64,000 bases of DNA from the human T2T-CHM13v2.0 reference genome, Homo sapiens (GCF_009914755.1 NC_060925.1), one strand, 5' to 3'; shown: positions 1 to 20,446, numbered from the stretch's first letter. A program made the numbers and translations. The notes: generated by a model from the letters alone, not told the origin.

Positions 1-1205
1 AGGTAGGAAGAGAGCTACTTGGAATCTTCAGAAAGGGGGAGGTAAAGAGCTAGTGTCTCCAGGCCTGGCTGCTGTTGTGCCTCAGCCCTCTTGGTGGAGC
101 TGGGTGCTGTGGTGTTATTGAACTGCCAGTGAGTGCTTATGCCATCTGACTTCTCTTGCTCTCATTTCAGTCTCATCCAGCACTCTAGTAGCAATTTGGC
201 TTCCCATGTGGACTTTCTTCAAGGGGAGAGAATGCACTGGCCAGCCAACATGAGTATTCTGGTCCTTGTAATTTGAAATTGGTTTCTGGTTTGTACTTCT
301 TTCTCCTGTGAGTTGGATTCGTTATTTTTCCTGAGTCAAATCAGCTTTTCATATATTCTGTCACAATCAGGTTGAGTGCTGGAAGCTGAAAGAACTGCAT
401 TTCTGGAGAGATCCTCAGGAAACTGAGAGGCAGGGACCTCAGTCTAAGCCAGGAGGAAATTTTTTACACCATTTTATGTTGTTTGAATTCCCTACCATAT
501 GTGCTTGTTACATTTTCAATATGAAAAGAGAAAGCAAGAACATTGGCTACAAAGCTGAGGACCAGTCTTGGACCCTGGTGCCTCCAGAGACTTGAGACGA
601 CCACATCCTCTTTCTTATCTGCAGATACGGCTACTGCTGGGTTAATAACAGCAGGCGGGAATAGCAGGGCCTGCAGTGCAGTTTTTCATAGCACATTGCT
701 TTTTTTGGTTGTACTTTATTAGATTTAAAGTTACCAAAAAAATGTCGGTTATTACAAGTTAAATATTTCAAACGCAGATAAAGAAAAGGCTGATCTTCAT
801 CCACCTTCTCCAGTGCCGTCTCCTTAAGTGGTAATAGCTCCCTCCACACCTTTTTCTCTGCTCATACAAACATACACACATATAAAATAGTGTTATTTGT
901 TTTGTTTTTAAAAGAGAATGGCATCATGCCATATACATTCCTGTGTTGGTTCGTTCATTCTTTTTTCTTTTTTTTTTTCTTTTTTCCTTTTTAACAACAT
1001 ATATTCCTCCCTCTAGGTCAATTATGGATTCAACTCATTCTTCTTTTTTCTCATGTCGACTGTCTTGTTAATTTATTACTATTGGAATGGGTAATTTGAT
1101 TATGTGAGTAAAAACAGAATGCTATTGGAAGGTAGCTAATGTAGAGTCTTGCTCCCTTTCCGTATTTTCTTATATGTCCTTTCAGTGTTGCCTTATGCAG
1201 ATGCT

Positions 1206-1209
<4 letters not shown>

Positions 1210-1238
<29 letters not shown>
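1210..1238. repeat. (TG)n microsatellite
   Basis: About 14 GT units. Confidence 0.95.
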
Positions 1239-1243
<5 letters not shown>

Positions 1244-1345
1244 CCCTTGTTACATAAAGTAAAACAATACTCTCTAATTAAAAAAAAAAAAGCTGTATAG
1301 TATTCCATAAAGCAGATCTATCTTACTTAACTATTCAAGATTAGA

Positions 1346-1644
<299 letters not shown>

Positions 1645-2085
1645 TCAAGATTAGATTTTTAAGAATGTTATGCTTCTTTGTAATTAAACTGTAATCTAGT
1701 GTGTGAAAAAAGGAAATTCTGTACAAGTATAGAGTTGACCAAATCAAGTAAAGTTGTGTTTGTGATTTTTTTAAAGAGAGCCCTGGGCTAGGAGATTGAG
1801 AGAGAATCAAGTCTTTAATCTCCTTTCTTGGTGTCCAAATAAGATACTGAAGCTGGGAACAAGTATTACTTACCTTAGGTTGCTGCAATTAGGCAGCTGG
1901 TTGGTGGCAAAAGTGGATCAGGGTTAGCATGCCTGTGACTTACTGTGTTTTGGTGAATGTGGGTAAATCAAAGTAACTGTCTAGTAAAATTGACTGTTAG
2001 GTTGGCTGGTAACTACATGCTTCCTGGACTCTGACTGGCTTGCCAGGTTTCTCATCTGTCTTTTTGTTTCTTGTGTTCCCTTCAG

Positions 2086-2261
2086 GTTGTTCCTCCAAAA
2101 GAGTGGAAGCCACGAGCATCCTATGATGACATTGATGATTTGGTCATTCCTGCCCCCATTCAACAGCTGGTGACGGGGCAGTCTGGCCTCTTTACTCAGT
2201 ACAACATACAGAAGAAAGCCATGACTGTTCGAGAGTTCCGCAAGATAGCCAATAGCGATAA
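2086..2261 (+). CDS. KDM4A: KDM4A exon 3 (end of JmjN and linker; [10 protein letters not shown]...IANSDK)
   Basis: ttcag|GTTGTT acceptor, GATAA|gtgagt donor; 176 nt; translation matches KDM4A. Confidence 0.97.
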
Positions 2262-2795
2262 GTGAGTGGAAACCCTTTCTTACCTGACATAGCACCTAGG
2301 ACCCTGGTGTCTCATCCTCCTAGCATCTCCAGGACTGCTGCTGTCCTGATGAACAGTGTCTTCAGCAGGATGGCTCTGTTGTAGCTGTCTCCCTTTCTGC
2401 TTTTTTTATGGAAGCATTCCCTCCTCTCAGGACTGTGTCCCAGTCTAAACCTGTTCCTGTTCTTATAACAACAAATCCCATTGTTTTTCCATCAGAAGTA
2501 GAATCATTTTCTGACTCTAAAGTTGCAAGGAGAAAGTTGGATGTGGTGCACAAGGAGCTTTTGCTGGGTATTATCAACCACCTGCTCATCAAAAGTGCTT
2601 TAGTTCCACTTCCTCTCTCTCGGGATGCTCTGTGTTTAATTGTGCTGGAATTTCTCACTGCCCATCCAGCCTGCTAGCTCATTTCTGTTTTGACATTAAC
2701 AGTGTGAGTAAACCACCAAGCTGGTTGCTATTTTCTGTCACTCCTTCTTTCTCTGTACATTCCTGTCTCTTTTAGAGATATCTTTCTTTGTGTAG

Positions 2796-5490
<2,695 letters not shown>

Positions 5491-5510
5491 TAAAGAGTAT
5501 AGATATTTTT

Positions 5511-5783
5511 AGACTGGGTGCATTGGCTAACTTCTATAATCCCATCACTTTGGGAGGCCGAGGTTGGAGGATCACTGGAGGCCAGGAATTTGAGACCAAC
5601 CTGGGCAACATTGCAGGACTTCATTTCTACAAAAAATAAAAACACCAGATGTGGTGGTGTACACTTGCAGTCCTGGCTACTCGGGAGGTTAGGGCAGGAG
5701 GATTGCTTGAGCCCAGGAGTTCGAGGCTACAGTAAGCTATGATCACACCACTGTGCTCCAGGCTGGGCAGCAGAGCAAGGATC
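5511..5783 (+). mobile_element. AluJ-like
   Basis: Diverged sense Alu containing GAGGATTGCTTGAGCCCAGGAG. Confidence 0.85.
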
Positions 5784-5808
5784 TTGTATAGTTTTTTTTA
5801 AGGTATAG

Positions 5809-6115
5809 TTTTCTTTTCTTTTTTTGAGACAGAGTTTTACTCTATGGCCGAGGCTGGAGTGCAGTGGCGTTAGTTAGCTCAGCTCACTGCAGACTCCTCC
5901 TCCTGGGTTTAAGTAATTCTCCTGCCTCAGCCCCCACCCTAAATAGCTGGGATTACAGGCGTGTGCCACCACGCCCCTCTAATTTTTGTATTTTTAGTAG
6001 AGACCAGGTTTCACCATGTTGGCCAGGCTGGTCTTGAACTCCTGACCTCAGGTGATCCGCCCCCGCCAGGCCTCCCAAAGTGCTGGGATAACAGGTGTGA
6101 GCCACACCCCTGGCC
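5809..6115 (-). mobile_element. AluS-like
   Basis: Full-length antisense Alu. Confidence 0.9.
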
Positions 6116-6794
6116 AAAGTGTAGATATTTTTATGGCTTTATGTAGATAGGTAGATATAAATATGCGTATATGTGAGTACGTATTTTCCTAATTGGAATA
6201 TTGGATGTGCAAAAATCTATATTTTTAGAGCTATTTTATATTTTTACTAAAATATTTGTTGTTTTTAGGAGTGATTACTTGGTGAGTGTCAGCCACTGCG
6301 TAGGGCGCTTGGGCATATAGCAGGGGTACTTACAAATGAGCCCTCTTGGAGCAGCTTCCTTTTGGCTGGTTCAGGGAGGTGAATGCTGTTGGAAAGCCTT
6401 AGCTCTTCACATGCTGCTGGGTTTTGGTTGTCTGTGGATATGTAGGGACCTTGGGTCTTGGTCTGTAAGCCCATTTTCTCCCTGGGTGGCCACCTGAATC
6501 TAGCAAGGTGTAGTTTAAGTAGAGTCTCTTCAGAGAGTTGAGGATGTTGTGCTTGTTAAGGAAGACCGGTTTACATCTGTGTGTACATTACCTTCCTCAG
6601 GCTTCCTCAGGCCCAGTGCTCATGGAAGGGACGTTGAGGGACTGACTACATATTAGAGCCTTGAAGGCCAAGATTATGCCTTGTTCATTTGAAATTCTTG
6701 CTGTCACTGGAATAGGGGATTATGTCTTGTAATGTTCATAATGCCTAATAAACCCCTGTAAGTGGTTTACATGTTTCTTTTTACTTTCAAAAAG

Positions 6795-6909
6795 GTACTG
6801 TACCCCACGCTATAGTGAGTTTGAAGAGCTCGAGCGGAAATACTGGAAAAATCTTACATTCAATCCTCCAATCTATGGTGCAGATGTGAATGGTACCCTC
6901 TATGAAAAG
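6795..6909 (+). CDS. KDM4A: KDM4A exon 4 ([38 protein letters not shown])
   Basis: aaaag|GTAC acceptor, AAG|gtgagg donor; 115 nt; frame continuous with exon 3. Confidence 0.97.
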
Positions 6910-7422
6910 GTGAGGCTCACTGGAAACCCTCTGTGCAGTGTTTTTGTAATTTTGTAATACCTTTTTTTCGGCCCGGCACGTAGTAGGCACCTAAAAGCTG
7001 TTTGGTGAATGGGTGGATGAACAGATGATCTACCCCCAGCTGATGTTGCTGTGCTGGCCTAATTGTGGGCCATTTTGCATGTGACTGAATTTTATTTCTC
7101 CTGCTTTACATGTGAATTGGATGATGTGGTGTTCTTTTCAAGGGTTGTTAGCATAGTCGGTGGGTGGTAGCTGATGAGTTCTTGAAAGGGTGGGTTGGCT
7201 CTCAGATAATGAAATGAGGCAGTGTGGTTTCTGCAGAAAAAAGATGACTGACTAATCTAATGAAAGGGGTATACATTTAAGAAGAGAAATACATTTAGAT
7301 TTTTCAGAACCCTCAAACAAGATTCTGTGGCAAAAGCTATTTTAACCACTTTTATTGGCTTGAAATCCTGCCTTAAATATGGTGAAAGGGGAGAATATTT
7401 GGGAATATCTTCAGATGACTGA

Positions 7423-7772
<350 letters not shown>

Positions 7773-7822
7773 ATATTTTAATGTTTTTATCAATTATTGG
7801 AAGAGTTAAAAAAATGAATTCC

Positions 7823-8170
<348 letters not shown>

Positions 8171-8387
8171 TCAGGGAAAGTCAGTCTTGTAGGGATGAAT
8201 GGCAGGAAGATGCTGTAAGGATCTGGGATGGAGAGCTACAAAAGTCAGGCATAATAATAATACAGGACCTAGTTATGGGAGATGGGCTCCCAGCTGGCCA
8301 TTACAACTCGGGAAAAGGATATTCCACATTTTTTATGAAGACACTGCCTGGTGGAAATCAGGGCTAAAAAGCCACAACATTGCCATA

Positions 8388-8696
8388 GTTTTTTGTTCTT
8401 TTGTTTTTGAGACAGAGTCTCGCCCTGCCACCCAGGCTAGAGGTTAGTGGTATGATCATAGATTACTGTAACCTCAAACACCGGGGTCAAGGGATCCTCC
8501 TGCTTCACCCTCCCAAGTAGCTGAGACTGCAGGCACATGCCACTTCACCTGGCTACTTTTTTTAATTTGTAATTTTTTTGTAGAGACTGGGCCTTGCTTT
8601 GTTGCCCAGGATGGTCTTGAACTCCTGGGCTCAAGCAATCCTGCCTTGGCCTCCCAAAGTGTTGAGATTACAGGCGTGAGCCACCACACCTGGCCC
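8388..8696 (-). mobile_element. AluJ-like
   Basis: Diverged antisense Alu. Confidence 0.88.
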
Positions 8697-8823
8697 ACTG
8701 TCATAGTTCCCATGTTTTGCGATTTTTTTTTTTGTGGTCATAGAGTTTTTTTTCTATTTTGACCTAAATTTCTTTAGCATCAGTTCAAACTTTTCCTCTT
8801 GGGGTTTCAAACAGGTGACTCTT

Positions 8824-9124
8824 GGTCGGGCGCGGTGGCTCAGGCCTGTAATCCCAGCACTTTGGGAGGCCGAGGCGGGTGGATCACAAGGTCAGGAGTT
8901 GAAGACCAGCCTGGCCAAGATGGTGAAACCCCGGCTCTACTAAAAATAGAAAAATTAGTTGGGCATGGTGGTGGGTGCCTGTAATCCCAGGTGCGCGGGA
9001 GGCTGAAGCAGGGAATTGCTTGAGCCCGGGAGGCGGAGGTTGCAGTGAGCCAAGATCATGCCACTGCACTCCAGCCTGAGCAACAGAGCGAGACTCCGTC
9101 TCAAAAACAAACGAAAAAACAAAC
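8824..9124 (+). mobile_element. AluSg-like
   Basis: TSD AAACAGGTGACT. Confidence 0.92.
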
Positions 9125-9389
9125 AGGTGACTGTCATCTCTTTATTCATCTTTCCTACACTAGTATTCACAAAGTAATATTTGCCCTTTGAAGGTAAATG
9201 GTGTCAGTTCCAGTGGTAGCCGTGAAAGTCAATGAGGAATGCTATGGTCTTCACGTCCATAGTGTTTTGACATTATTCCCAATGTTTGTCAGAGATGACA
9301 GCTTACTTGTGACCTACTCTGATTTGTAGGTTCAGAGCCTCGGTTTCTATGCAAATGTAACTTGCCCTGGACTGTCATTGCCTTTGCAG

Positions 9390-9583
9390 CATGTTGATGA
9401 GTGGAATATTGGCCGGCTGAGAACAATCCTGGACTTGGTGGAAAAGGAGAGTGGGATCACCATTGAGGGTGTGAACACCCCATACCTGTACTTTGGCATG
9501 TGGAAGACATCCTTTGCTTGGCACACTGAAGACATGGACCTCTACAGCATCAACTACCTGCACTTTGGAGAACCAAAGTCCTG
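9390..9583 (+). CDS. KDM4A: KDM4A exon 5 (JmjC; Fe(II) ligands H188 at 9522-9524 and E190 at 9528-9530)
   Basis: tgcag|CAT acceptor, CTG|gtacag donor; 194 nt; [24 protein letters not shown] motif. Confidence 0.97.
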
Positions 9584-10099
9584 GTACAGTCTGCCTGCAG
9601 TCGGCACCGGGCTTCTATGCTAGAGCACGGGCTCATGTTCATTGTGCGTGGGAAGCACCTCAGGATTGTGTTAAAGGGCAGACCCTGGTTCAGGCTTGGG
9701 GTGACATTCCATGTTTTAAACACACTTTCAAGTGCTAAGATGCTTGCTGTTGGAGCTCTGGTGCTCGGACCACCTTTTGAGTAGGGAGGCTTTAGAGAGC
9801 AGGGTGCTGGCAGTTACCCAAAGACACGGGGGCTCTTCCAGGCTATCCCACTGCTTTCTAATTTTTTTTCTGAACAGGCCTGAGGCATTTCTTAGCAGCA
9901 GACTTCCAAGACTAGAGTCACTCCCTCAGATGACAGAAAGCTTTCTTTTCGTCATGGAAAAAATACTAATACTTGGGGAGCAGCAGTGTGTGCTTAACAC
10001 ATAAGGGATTGCGAGGCTATTCAGCATGCTTCCCGTTCTCCAGAGTGTTATTCTTGTTGGTGAGACAAACATTGGTTCTCTCTCCTCTCTCTGTGCTGA

Positions 10100-11060
<961 letters not shown>

Positions 11061-12190
11061 TTTTTTCAGCATCTTCAGCCATGTTCTTTCTCAGGGGTTT
11101 TCCTTTCTTCTTTCAAGTGCTCTCCAGTTTCTAATCTTGGGGGAAAGAACCTTTTGAGCCTATGATTATCTCCTAACTACTGTCCTGTTTTTCCTTCCTC
11201 AGAAGGCTAGACTTGTAGGATGTGTAAATGTAGCTTTTGTGTCTTCACCATTGTTTACTCCAAAATTCACTGCTCCTGGATTTTTGAATTCTCTTATAAA
11301 AGAAGGTTTTCCAGTTATTATATACATTCTTAGGTCCTCTGAAGTGGGACCTCCAGAGCCTTCTGTATAGGGTTGCCTGATGGATCCCAGAGTCCTTTAG
11401 GTGACATTTTTGTCAACTCTTCTTCTCTGTTTTGTTTTATAATGAAGCTGTTTGCAGTGGGAGGATTTGTTGTTACTGTGGAATAATCTTCAGAGAGATT
11501 AAAAAGGTTAAAACAGAGTTACTGTGAGTTTCAGAATATAAAGTTTAACAATTTTGCAAAAGTTTAATAGTCCTAGGTGTTCTTTTTTACTTTTCATTTT
11601 TTAGGAAGAGCAGTTTCTATGGTGTTTAGACACCCTACTGGGTAGAGAGGTAATTGATTGTTGGGTAATCAGTATATGTAGCTGTTGGGGAGATAAAGGG
11701 AAAGTGGGTTCATCAGCAGATACGGGGCTAGGTCTCTTAAGTGTCAGATCCATCTTTCACTTTGTTTTCCATCTTCCTCTTGCCTGCCCCCAGTTAGGCC
11801 TTTCAAGCATTTAAAAATACTGAGCATTTTTAAATACTGAGGTTATATAGTGACATCCTTCTTTTTTTTTCTTTTAAAAAATGTTATTATATGAACAACA
11901 TTATAAAGGAGAGTAATATTATGTACCGTAAATCCTGGCTCATGGTGAACACTTAATAAACATCTTATTAAGTGAATGAATATAGAAGAAATAAATTCAC
12001 TCACCTTCTTTATGGGCTCCTTACTCCTGTGCCCAAACAGTCTAATATTTCATTTTTTCAGATTCCTTTCTACTGCTTGGGAAGTTAAAAAAAAAATCTG
12101 CTATTTCAAGGTGTTTTGAGAGTGGGAATAAGTCCCTTAGCTTCTGTACCTGCCCTCCACCCAGCCTCTGATGCTCTCATGTGATTGCAG

Positions 12191-12240
12191 GTACTCTGTT
12201 CCACCTGAGCATGGAAAGCGGTTGGAACGCCTCGCCAAAG
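12191..12240 (+). CDS. KDM4A: KDM4A exon 6 (YSVPPEHGKRLERLAK)
   Basis: tgcag|GTAC acceptor, AAG|gtactg donor; 50 nt. Confidence 0.96.
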
Positions 12241-12946
12241 GTACTGTGTCTCTTCTGTTTGCTGGATTGGACCCTCCTATGAGCTGTGCTCCTTGCTCTG
12301 CACTAAAATGTGCGTTCCCCATGGTCAGATACTTGCAGGTCCTGTTGCAGGCCTGCAGACGGGGGTGAGCCACACTGGTTACCTTAAGAGGGCAGTGACG
12401 GAGCCTTTTCTTCCTTTGTCCTGACTGTCTGTGCCTCAGTTTTAATGAGCAGGGGTGTTTCTTTGACCAGCGATAATGAACCAGACCCAGTATGACTGGT
12501 GTTTCCACTAAAGACCCAAATGTTAAAGAAAAAATTGAACTTTATGCTTTGTTTCTTTTAAGTGGACTTAGATTTGTATGTCTGGAGAACATAGGAAAGC
12601 CTGGGTAGATGATACTATAGCTGCATTACTGAAAAAAGATCAGGGATACAAGTGACTGGAGAAAAGGTCCTAAATAGTTTCAAAGCTCTATAAGAACAGA
12701 GGCAGCTTGGGTGACCTTGGTTTCCCAAACAGGATTTCATTACCCACGTAATGCCCTACATGGGAGTGAGCCTAGAGGCTCATTGCAGAATCTTAGAATT
12801 GGTGCGGAGCTATAAGGATCCTCAGAGGTCACATTGGTGATGCATCCTCTTTATCATTCCGATGAGAAGCACAGGTGTGAAGTGACTCCAGGATTGCGGA
12901 GCTAGTGTGGAGCACTGTGTTAACCTGTACCCTTTCAATTAAATAG

Positions 12947-13050
12947 GCTTTTTCCCAGGAAGTGCTCAAAGCTGTGAGGCATTTCTCCGCCACAAGATGA
13001 CCCTGATTTCCCCGTTAATGCTGAAGAAATATGGAATTCCCTTTGACAAG
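12947..13050 (+). CDS. KDM4A: KDM4A exon 7 ([34 protein letters not shown]; Zn ligands C234, H240)
   Basis: aatag|GC acceptor, AAG|gtgagc donor; 104 nt. Confidence 0.96.
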
Positions 13051-13418
13051 GTGAGCTGATGTTACATGCCAAAGTTCTCAGGCACCACCCTTTCTGGCCT
13101 TTGTTTTACAGTTTTATTCTAGTTCATCACTATACCAAGAGGGGGCCAAAGCTTAAATAAACTATGTAACAACACTTTGATCTAAGAGCATTAAAGGTGG
13201 GGCCACTGTAGCTTCCTGGTGCCAGAGGAGAGTCAGATCCCCTAGAACAGTGTTCATTTGGAGGAATGGTTAATTATAGTCATGTCATCTGATATGTCTG
13301 GGCTTTGCATTTTATAGAAGACAGCAAGGACCCCAGGGGTTTTATGACTTACCCTTTGTTACTCAGCTAAGTTGTGGTGGAGCTCAGAATTCCAGTTCTG
13401 TGGACTTCTGCCATTTGA

Positions 13419-13610
<192 letters not shown>

Positions 13611-14266
13611 TAACACCATGACAAAAATGAGCAAATTCTGGTTAGATACGTTGGCTGGTGATTAGAGTATTTCTTTGAGCTGCTGGAATTCAGAAACAAG
13701 CAGCTAGCAATGTGTCAGAGTACTAACATTTTGTGTTCATAAGGAATTTTTAAAAATGTGTTCAGAATTGGGAAGTATAAAATGAGGTTCTTAAGTCCAT
13801 TAGGCATTAAAACCACATCCACACACGTTAATACTCTTGCTTATCCATTCCGAGATTTCTCTGTTGAAATTTTTAGGGGTTTCCTTTACTCTAGGGAAGC
13901 AGCAGGGTCGGGCCTTTGACTGATAGTAGTAGACTTGCTTGTGTGTTCCTGGCTTGGACAGGGAACAAGGGCAGGTGGCTCACCGTCCTGGGGGCCTAAG
14001 TGCAGAGCCTAACCACCCTCTGTGACCCCGAGTTAGTGCCCAGGTAGATTTGCCCCAGTAGCATGTGCTCTCTGCCTTTTTTTCCCTGCTTCCCTTCATG
14101 TTTGAAGGTCCTGCAAGGATAATATGCCCTCAGCCTGTGAACCAAAACAATCTGGTTATAAACCATCTTGCACTTGTTTCCATGTGGAGGGAGGAGCTAG
14201 GACGTGGGGGTGAGTTGGAAGCAGCAAGGTATGCTCACCTGGTGCTCTTCTGGTTCCTGCTGACAG

Positions 14267-14514
14267 TGCTCCTGTAGAAAGGACATGGTGAAGATCTCCA
14301 TGGATGTGTTTGTGAGAAAGTTCCAGCCAGAAAGGTACAAACTTTGGAAAGCTGGGAAGGACAACACAGTTATTGACCATACTCTGCCCACGCCAGAAGC
14401 AGCTGAGTTTCTTAAGGAGAGTGAACTGCCTCCAAGAGCTGGCAACGAGGAGGAGTGCCCAGAGGAGGACATGGAAGGGGTGGAGGATGGAGAGGAAGGA
14501 GACCTGAAGACAAG
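14267..14514 (+). CDS. KDM4A: KDM4A exon 9 ([11 protein letters not shown]...EEGDLKT; Zn ligands C306, C308)
   Basis: gacag|TGC acceptor, AAG|gtaacc donor; 248 nt. Confidence 0.96.
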
Positions 14515-14548
14515 GTAACCCAGCAGCCCTTTTGTCCTGGCTGCGTGA

Positions 14549-14919
<371 letters not shown>

Positions 14920-15299
14920 GAGGCTGTTTCTAAGATGCCGTTTGTGCCTTGGCTAAGGGAGTGTTCTTGGTAAAGGCTCCAGAAACCTGAGAGCCAGAGC
15001 ATTCAGGCACTTTCTGAATGAGAGACCTGTAGTGGGCGTGTAGTCTGCTGGAGCAAGGCGTCAGTTATATGAGGGTCGGGGGCATTTATGTGCGAAGGTC
15101 GGGCTCCCTCTGAGCCAGAAAAGTCATGTTTTCTCATCATATCAGAGAGTCTTTTAAAAAGAAGTGTAGTGAGGATGAGACTCAAGGGCATTGGTAATGT
15201 CGTGATTTAAGTCTGCAGTGCTATTGGTGGCTGAGCCAGGGGATCTGTGCTCTGAGGAGAATTTATCCTGGGCCATATGGGAAAGAAAGGAGGAACCGT

Positions 15300-15500
15300 T
15301 CCTTGGTACCTGCTATATGCCAGGCACTTTGCCAGCTACTCTGCATACCTTTTCTTAATCCTCACAACAAATCTGTTAGGTGGGTGGTAATACCTGTATT
15401 TTCCAGATGATTGAACAAGGTCAGAGAGGTGAAGTCCCTTGTCTCAAGTCACAAATAAGAGGTGTCCCTGAGTTTTGAGCCAGGCCTGACAGGCTCTGGC
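15300..15500. mobile_element. MIR fragment
   Basis: TGCCAGGCAC...TTAATCCTCACAACAA...CAGAGAGGTGAAGT core. Confidence 0.7.
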
Positions 15501-15594
15501 CATTCACTTTGGGTTGTGTGTGGATGTGTATGAATGAGTTTGAGTAAGTGGATGTATATGTGGGCTCTTAAAAGATTTGCCCTCTCCCTTGCAG

Positions 15595-15794
15595 CCTGGC
15601 CAAGCACCGAATAGGGACAAAGAGGCACCGAGTTTGTCTTGAAATACCACAGGAGGTGAGTCAGAGTGAGCTCTTCCCCAAGGAGGATCTGAGTTCTGAG
15701 CAGTATGAGATGACGGAGTGCCCGGCAGCCCTCGCCCCTGTGAGGCCCACCCATAGCTCTGTGCGGCAAGTTGAGGATGGTCTTACCTTCCCAG
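15595..15794 (+). CDS. KDM4A: KDM4A exon 10 (LAKHRIGTKR...DGLTFP)
   Basis: tgcag|C acceptor, CAG|gttagt donor; 200 nt; open and in frame. Confidence 0.95.
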
Positions 15795-16057
15795 GTTAGT
15801 TGACTATGGTGTATTTTCCACAACCCTAACTCATATATGTGTCCCGTGTTAGATGCCATATTGAGTGCTGGGTCAGAAATAAAAAAGGCAGAGTGACAGG
15901 TCCGTGAGCAGATAGCATACTTGGAGTGTGAGAAGTGCTTTGGGTAGGGATGTACAGGGAGGACTGGACACGTAGGGAAAAGCTCCTCCCTCTGCCTGGT
16001 CAGGGGTCAGGGAAACACTGGAGGTTTTGGTGAAGGTGACTCTTACAAGGTAAGTAG

Positions 16058-16449
<392 letters not shown>

Positions 16450-16668
16450 CAGAGATGGGAAATATTAATAGCATGGTCCACTTGGGGGAACTGGTGGGGA
16501 GTTTCCCTCAATTGAATATTAGGGTGGAAGGCAGCTGTGTGACCAGAAGGTGACGCTGGAGAAATAGGAGATGATGTAGGGCTGTCTGCCATTTTCATTT
16601 GCTCACTTGGAAGCTTAAGAAGCCATTTATATTTTAAGAGAGGGAGTGGTGTGATCAGTGCTGTTTAG

Positions 16669-17625
<957 letters not shown>

Positions 17626-17998
17626 ATCTTTAGATTTTCTAGCATGGGCTAGGTAGCCAGGTCTCTGCTGAGCTCAGACTTGCATTACCTGCAGGAGACT
17701 TTGGAGGAAATGGCAGCTGCCCCTTACTGAGTGTCTGCTGAGTGCCAGGCGGTGCTCAGGAGTCTTATTTATGAGCCCTGTAGATCTGTAGTAGCATCTT
17801 CTCATTACAGAGGAAGAAGCTGGAGGCCAGGAGGCTGAGCAAATAGCCCTGGCTCACAGTGCCCCTCAGTGACAGAGCCAGGATTGGAAGCCAGGTCCCA
17901 TTCCCCGCCCATGTTCCTTGTGCTTTGCCCTCTGCCTTTCATCAGGTTCACATGTGCAGGAGGAACTTGGCTCTGTCTAATGTGTATGTGTGTTTCAG

Positions 17999-18369
17999 AT
18001 TATTCTGACTCCACTGAAGTCAAATTTGAAGAGCTTAAAAATGTCAAACTAGAAGAGGAGGATGAGGAGGAAGAACAAGAAGCAGCTGCCTTGGATCTTT
18101 CTGTGAATCCTGCGTCTGTAGGGGGACGCCTTGTCTTCTCAGGCTCCAAAAAGAAATCATCTTCTAGCCTGGGCTCTGGCTCTTCACGGGATTCTATCTC
18201 TTCTGATTCAGAAACTAGTGAGCCTCTCTCCTGCCGAGCCCAAGGGCAAACGGGAGTTCTCACTGTGCACAGTTATGCCAAAGGGGATGGCAGGGTCACT
18301 GTGGGAGAGCCATGCACGAGGAAGAAAGGAAGCGCCGCTAGAAGTTTCAGTGAGCGGGAGCTGGCAGAG
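17999..18369 (+). CDS. KDM4A: KDM4A exon 11 (acidic and Ser-rich linker)
   Basis: ttcag|AT acceptor, GAG|gtatgg donor; 371 nt; DYSDSTEVKFEE...SERELAE. Confidence 0.96.
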
Positions 18370-18685
18370 GTATGGGCTCCAGGCAGTGGTGTGGGGTGGG
18401 GAGCTGCCCTGGAGGACACCCTGTCGGGAGGGGATCTGTGTGGGGGAGGGAGGTGGATCTGTGTGATGGAGGTGCTGCAGGAGGGCAGGAGAGACCCTCA
18501 GTCAGTGCCTCTAGCCAGCAGTGGTTGTGTCAAACAAAAGCCTGGGGTGGCATTCACTCTCCCAGCTTGTTCTTTGCTGGGAGTTGCTTTTCTGTTATCC
18601 CTGTGGCTACTGATTCCAAGAATTGCATCAATGCAGCCTGAGTCACAGCAGCAGATCCTCCTCAGCCCACTTGGATCACAATGCC

Positions 18686-19287
<602 letters not shown>

Positions 19288-20446
19288 TTTTCAACTGGGG
19301 TAGGCAGGAACTCTTCCTCTGATCCTCATTGCCTTAGCGGCACCAGGGTTAGAATGGCTGCTGTTGGAGCCCACGTGTTTGGAGGTTTGGGATCAGATGA
19401 GATGACCTTTCTTACCTTGAAATTCAAGGGTTTTTTTCTTACACCTCTTGACTGCCCTGTAGACTCCCAGTATGACATTGATAGAGCATCCTTTTGGAGA
19501 CCAAGATGCATTCCCAAAGCTATAAACACGAACATGTGTGTTCAGGCTTCCTCCTTAAATACATGTTGTCACCAAAAGCTGATTCCTGCTTTTGTGCAAA
19601 ATGGCTCTTGGTGGGTCTGCCACTCTGAGTGATCAGTCATGTCAGATGCCACTGGACCCCCACTACCCAAGTGACTTTCCCTGACTCCCCAGCCTTGGAG
19701 CTTATGTGGGTCAAGCTGCAGTCTTTGGTGAGGGGTGGGAGATAGAAGAAGCCAGTGCAGAAGGTCCTCTTTATTCCCTATTCCCTTACCTTTAGTTTTT
19801 AAAAATGTATCTTAAAAATCTTCACTATGGAAAATTTCTGACGTACGTACAAAATACCATCACGAGCCCCCGCGTGTACTCATCATATATATGATTAACA
19901 TTTGGCACATTTGCTTTCTGTTTTCTTTGGCTGCAGTACTTGACACTCAGTCATATTCACATTTCCCTAGTGTTGCCAATAGTCCCTTTTTATGGTAGGT
20001 TTGTCTCCTTGTTGTTGATACTCATAACTTTTCTCGGTGCCTTCTCTGAATCTCAGGGTACGGTTTTGGTAGACTTCTTTTTACCTTGTGAATGTTCCTC
20101 TTTCCATCCCACTGTGGTTGCAGGCTAATGAGCTAATAACTACTGTGTTTCCTTCTCATTGCCTCTGATTGCAGTTCTCTGTGCCTTCTTATGGCAGCTT
20201 CCATAAAGGAGGGCTTTTTCAGCCTGGAAACCAGAGTCTCTTTAACTCCCAGTTGCCACCTAGCAATTCTTCCTTCGCAGAGGCCCCGGGCCATTTCATC
20301 CATCCTACTGTTGACTACTGTTCACTACAGTTCATGCTGTCCTCTTGCTGAGTCTTCCTGACATTCTTGTTTCTAGTTGCAATCACAATCACAAAAAGCA
20401 GCTAAGAAGTAGCAAGAGCTCACTGTATATTAAATACTTTGTTTAT

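Noticed and set aside
1-10. AG|GTAGGA at the window start as the exon 2 donor
   Set aside because: Only 2 upstream bases are visible, so the exon cannot be checked, and my recollection of intron 2 length puts the real donor slightly upstream of the window
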